DNA from: Macrostomum lignano
Taxonomy: Eukaryota
NCBI GenBank assembly: GCA_002269645.1
Contig: NIVC01000045.1
Span: forward strand, 310,001 to 374,000
DNA length: 64,000 bases
Direction: 5' to 3'
The notes under the pieces are model-generated. The model saw nothing but the letters and a program-made list of their open reading frames with translations, searched no databases and was not told where the DNA came from. This document shows, piece by piece, positions 63,016 to 64,000 of the stretch (position 1 is the first letter of the stretch; every line of letters begins with the position of its first letter). Position numbers and translations under genes: made by a program.

Positions 63016-64000
63016 GCTATACAGTGAAAGATTGAAAAAGAAAGTGACATTGCAGGGTGATATAAGAGACAAAGATTTTTTCGTTCCTCTGATTTTGGGT
63101 TTTTGCTTTATTCAAAAAATGATCGGAGTTTTGCGGTCAGATGCGTGCAGCTATACATGAAGGACAGATTTTATTTTACCTTTGGGTCGCTAAATTACGA
63201 GCTATTATAGATTATCTAAATGAGTCTCAATCACTTTTTAATGAGTTATTGGACAACTTTCAAAAAATCATTATTGATAATTTAGAGTAAATAGTTGAAG
63301 TTCGTCTTTCTTCAACTTTACTAGATATCAGGAAAATTGCCAAGTCTTTTTTTAACATGGATGGTCAACTAAAAAATAATTGTAGCTTTAAGTCTTGCTG
63401 CACACTCCGCGAGTTCAAGTTTCACTTTTCGGCTGTGCCGCATGCTTATTTATTTTTGTTTTTCCATGAATCATTTATAAAAAAATATCTCTTCGGCTAA
63501 GGCGGTATAAGTTATTATAGAAAATTAATTAATGATAAATAGTAGTTTTTATCAAATTCATTTTTAAGTAGTAGTGATGCATGAAATTAAAGTACAGCAT
63601 ATAATATACGAGCCAGAAAGGTGTATCATTATAAAACTAAATTAAACTAGTTTCATCACATTTTCCGCTGGGGTGCATACAGTTTTGCGTTGATATATCT
63701 TCAGCACTACTGGTCAGACTACTGATCAGTCTGATCAGTACAGAAAGCGAAAATTGTACCCAACTTCACTCCATTTTAATTTGCTAATATTTACGAGCGT
63801 AATTTTTACTCATGCATTGGTGGTTGGTTTTTTACGAGTACATTAAAAGAAACAGTTATGTTTGCAGTTTGATATTTCCTAGTATGAAAAACACACTGCG
63901 CCGATCAATTGGTAAACTTTTCTGGAACACATACTCAAAAGCTGCGTCAATAACACTTGCTGAGGTTCTCCGCAGGTAGATCGTTATTTCGAACTTGTTC

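Overview
This is animal (invertebrate) genomic DNA with spliced genes; there are no prokaryotic features. By my rough sum, about half of the window is tandem repeat: roughly 28 distinct micro- and minisatellite arrays of 4-40 bp units that fill introns and intergenic space. GC-rich polyAla/polyGln exons among dense minisatellites resemble a free-living flatworm such as Macrostomum (inference only). Supported genes: (1) a partial minus-strand ORF encoding a signal-peptide protein of unknown function (880 to <1); (2) the last (TM4) exon of an anion-type Cys-loop ligand-gated ion channel (5117-5410); (3) a 4-exon Iroquois homeobox gene with homeodomain and IRO box (15548-19207); (4) an intronless, highly divergent 4-TM innexin-like gene (minus, 42214-41087); (5) an intronless tandem CCCH (TIS11/ZFP36-like) gene (43738-44472); (6) a 7-exon cytoplasmic intermediate filament gene with lamin-length coil 1B (49435-63015). 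Mobile elements: a 3975-bp non-autonomous Helitron that is mostly minisatellite and is inserted precisely into another satellite (36133-40107); a CACTA/EnSpm-like element containing a long-TIR Harbinger-like foldback element (53389-57493); and two hAT-like MITEs. Most long ORFs in the supplied track are repeat or antisense artefacts. All exon and element boundaries were read by hand; array edges are approximate.
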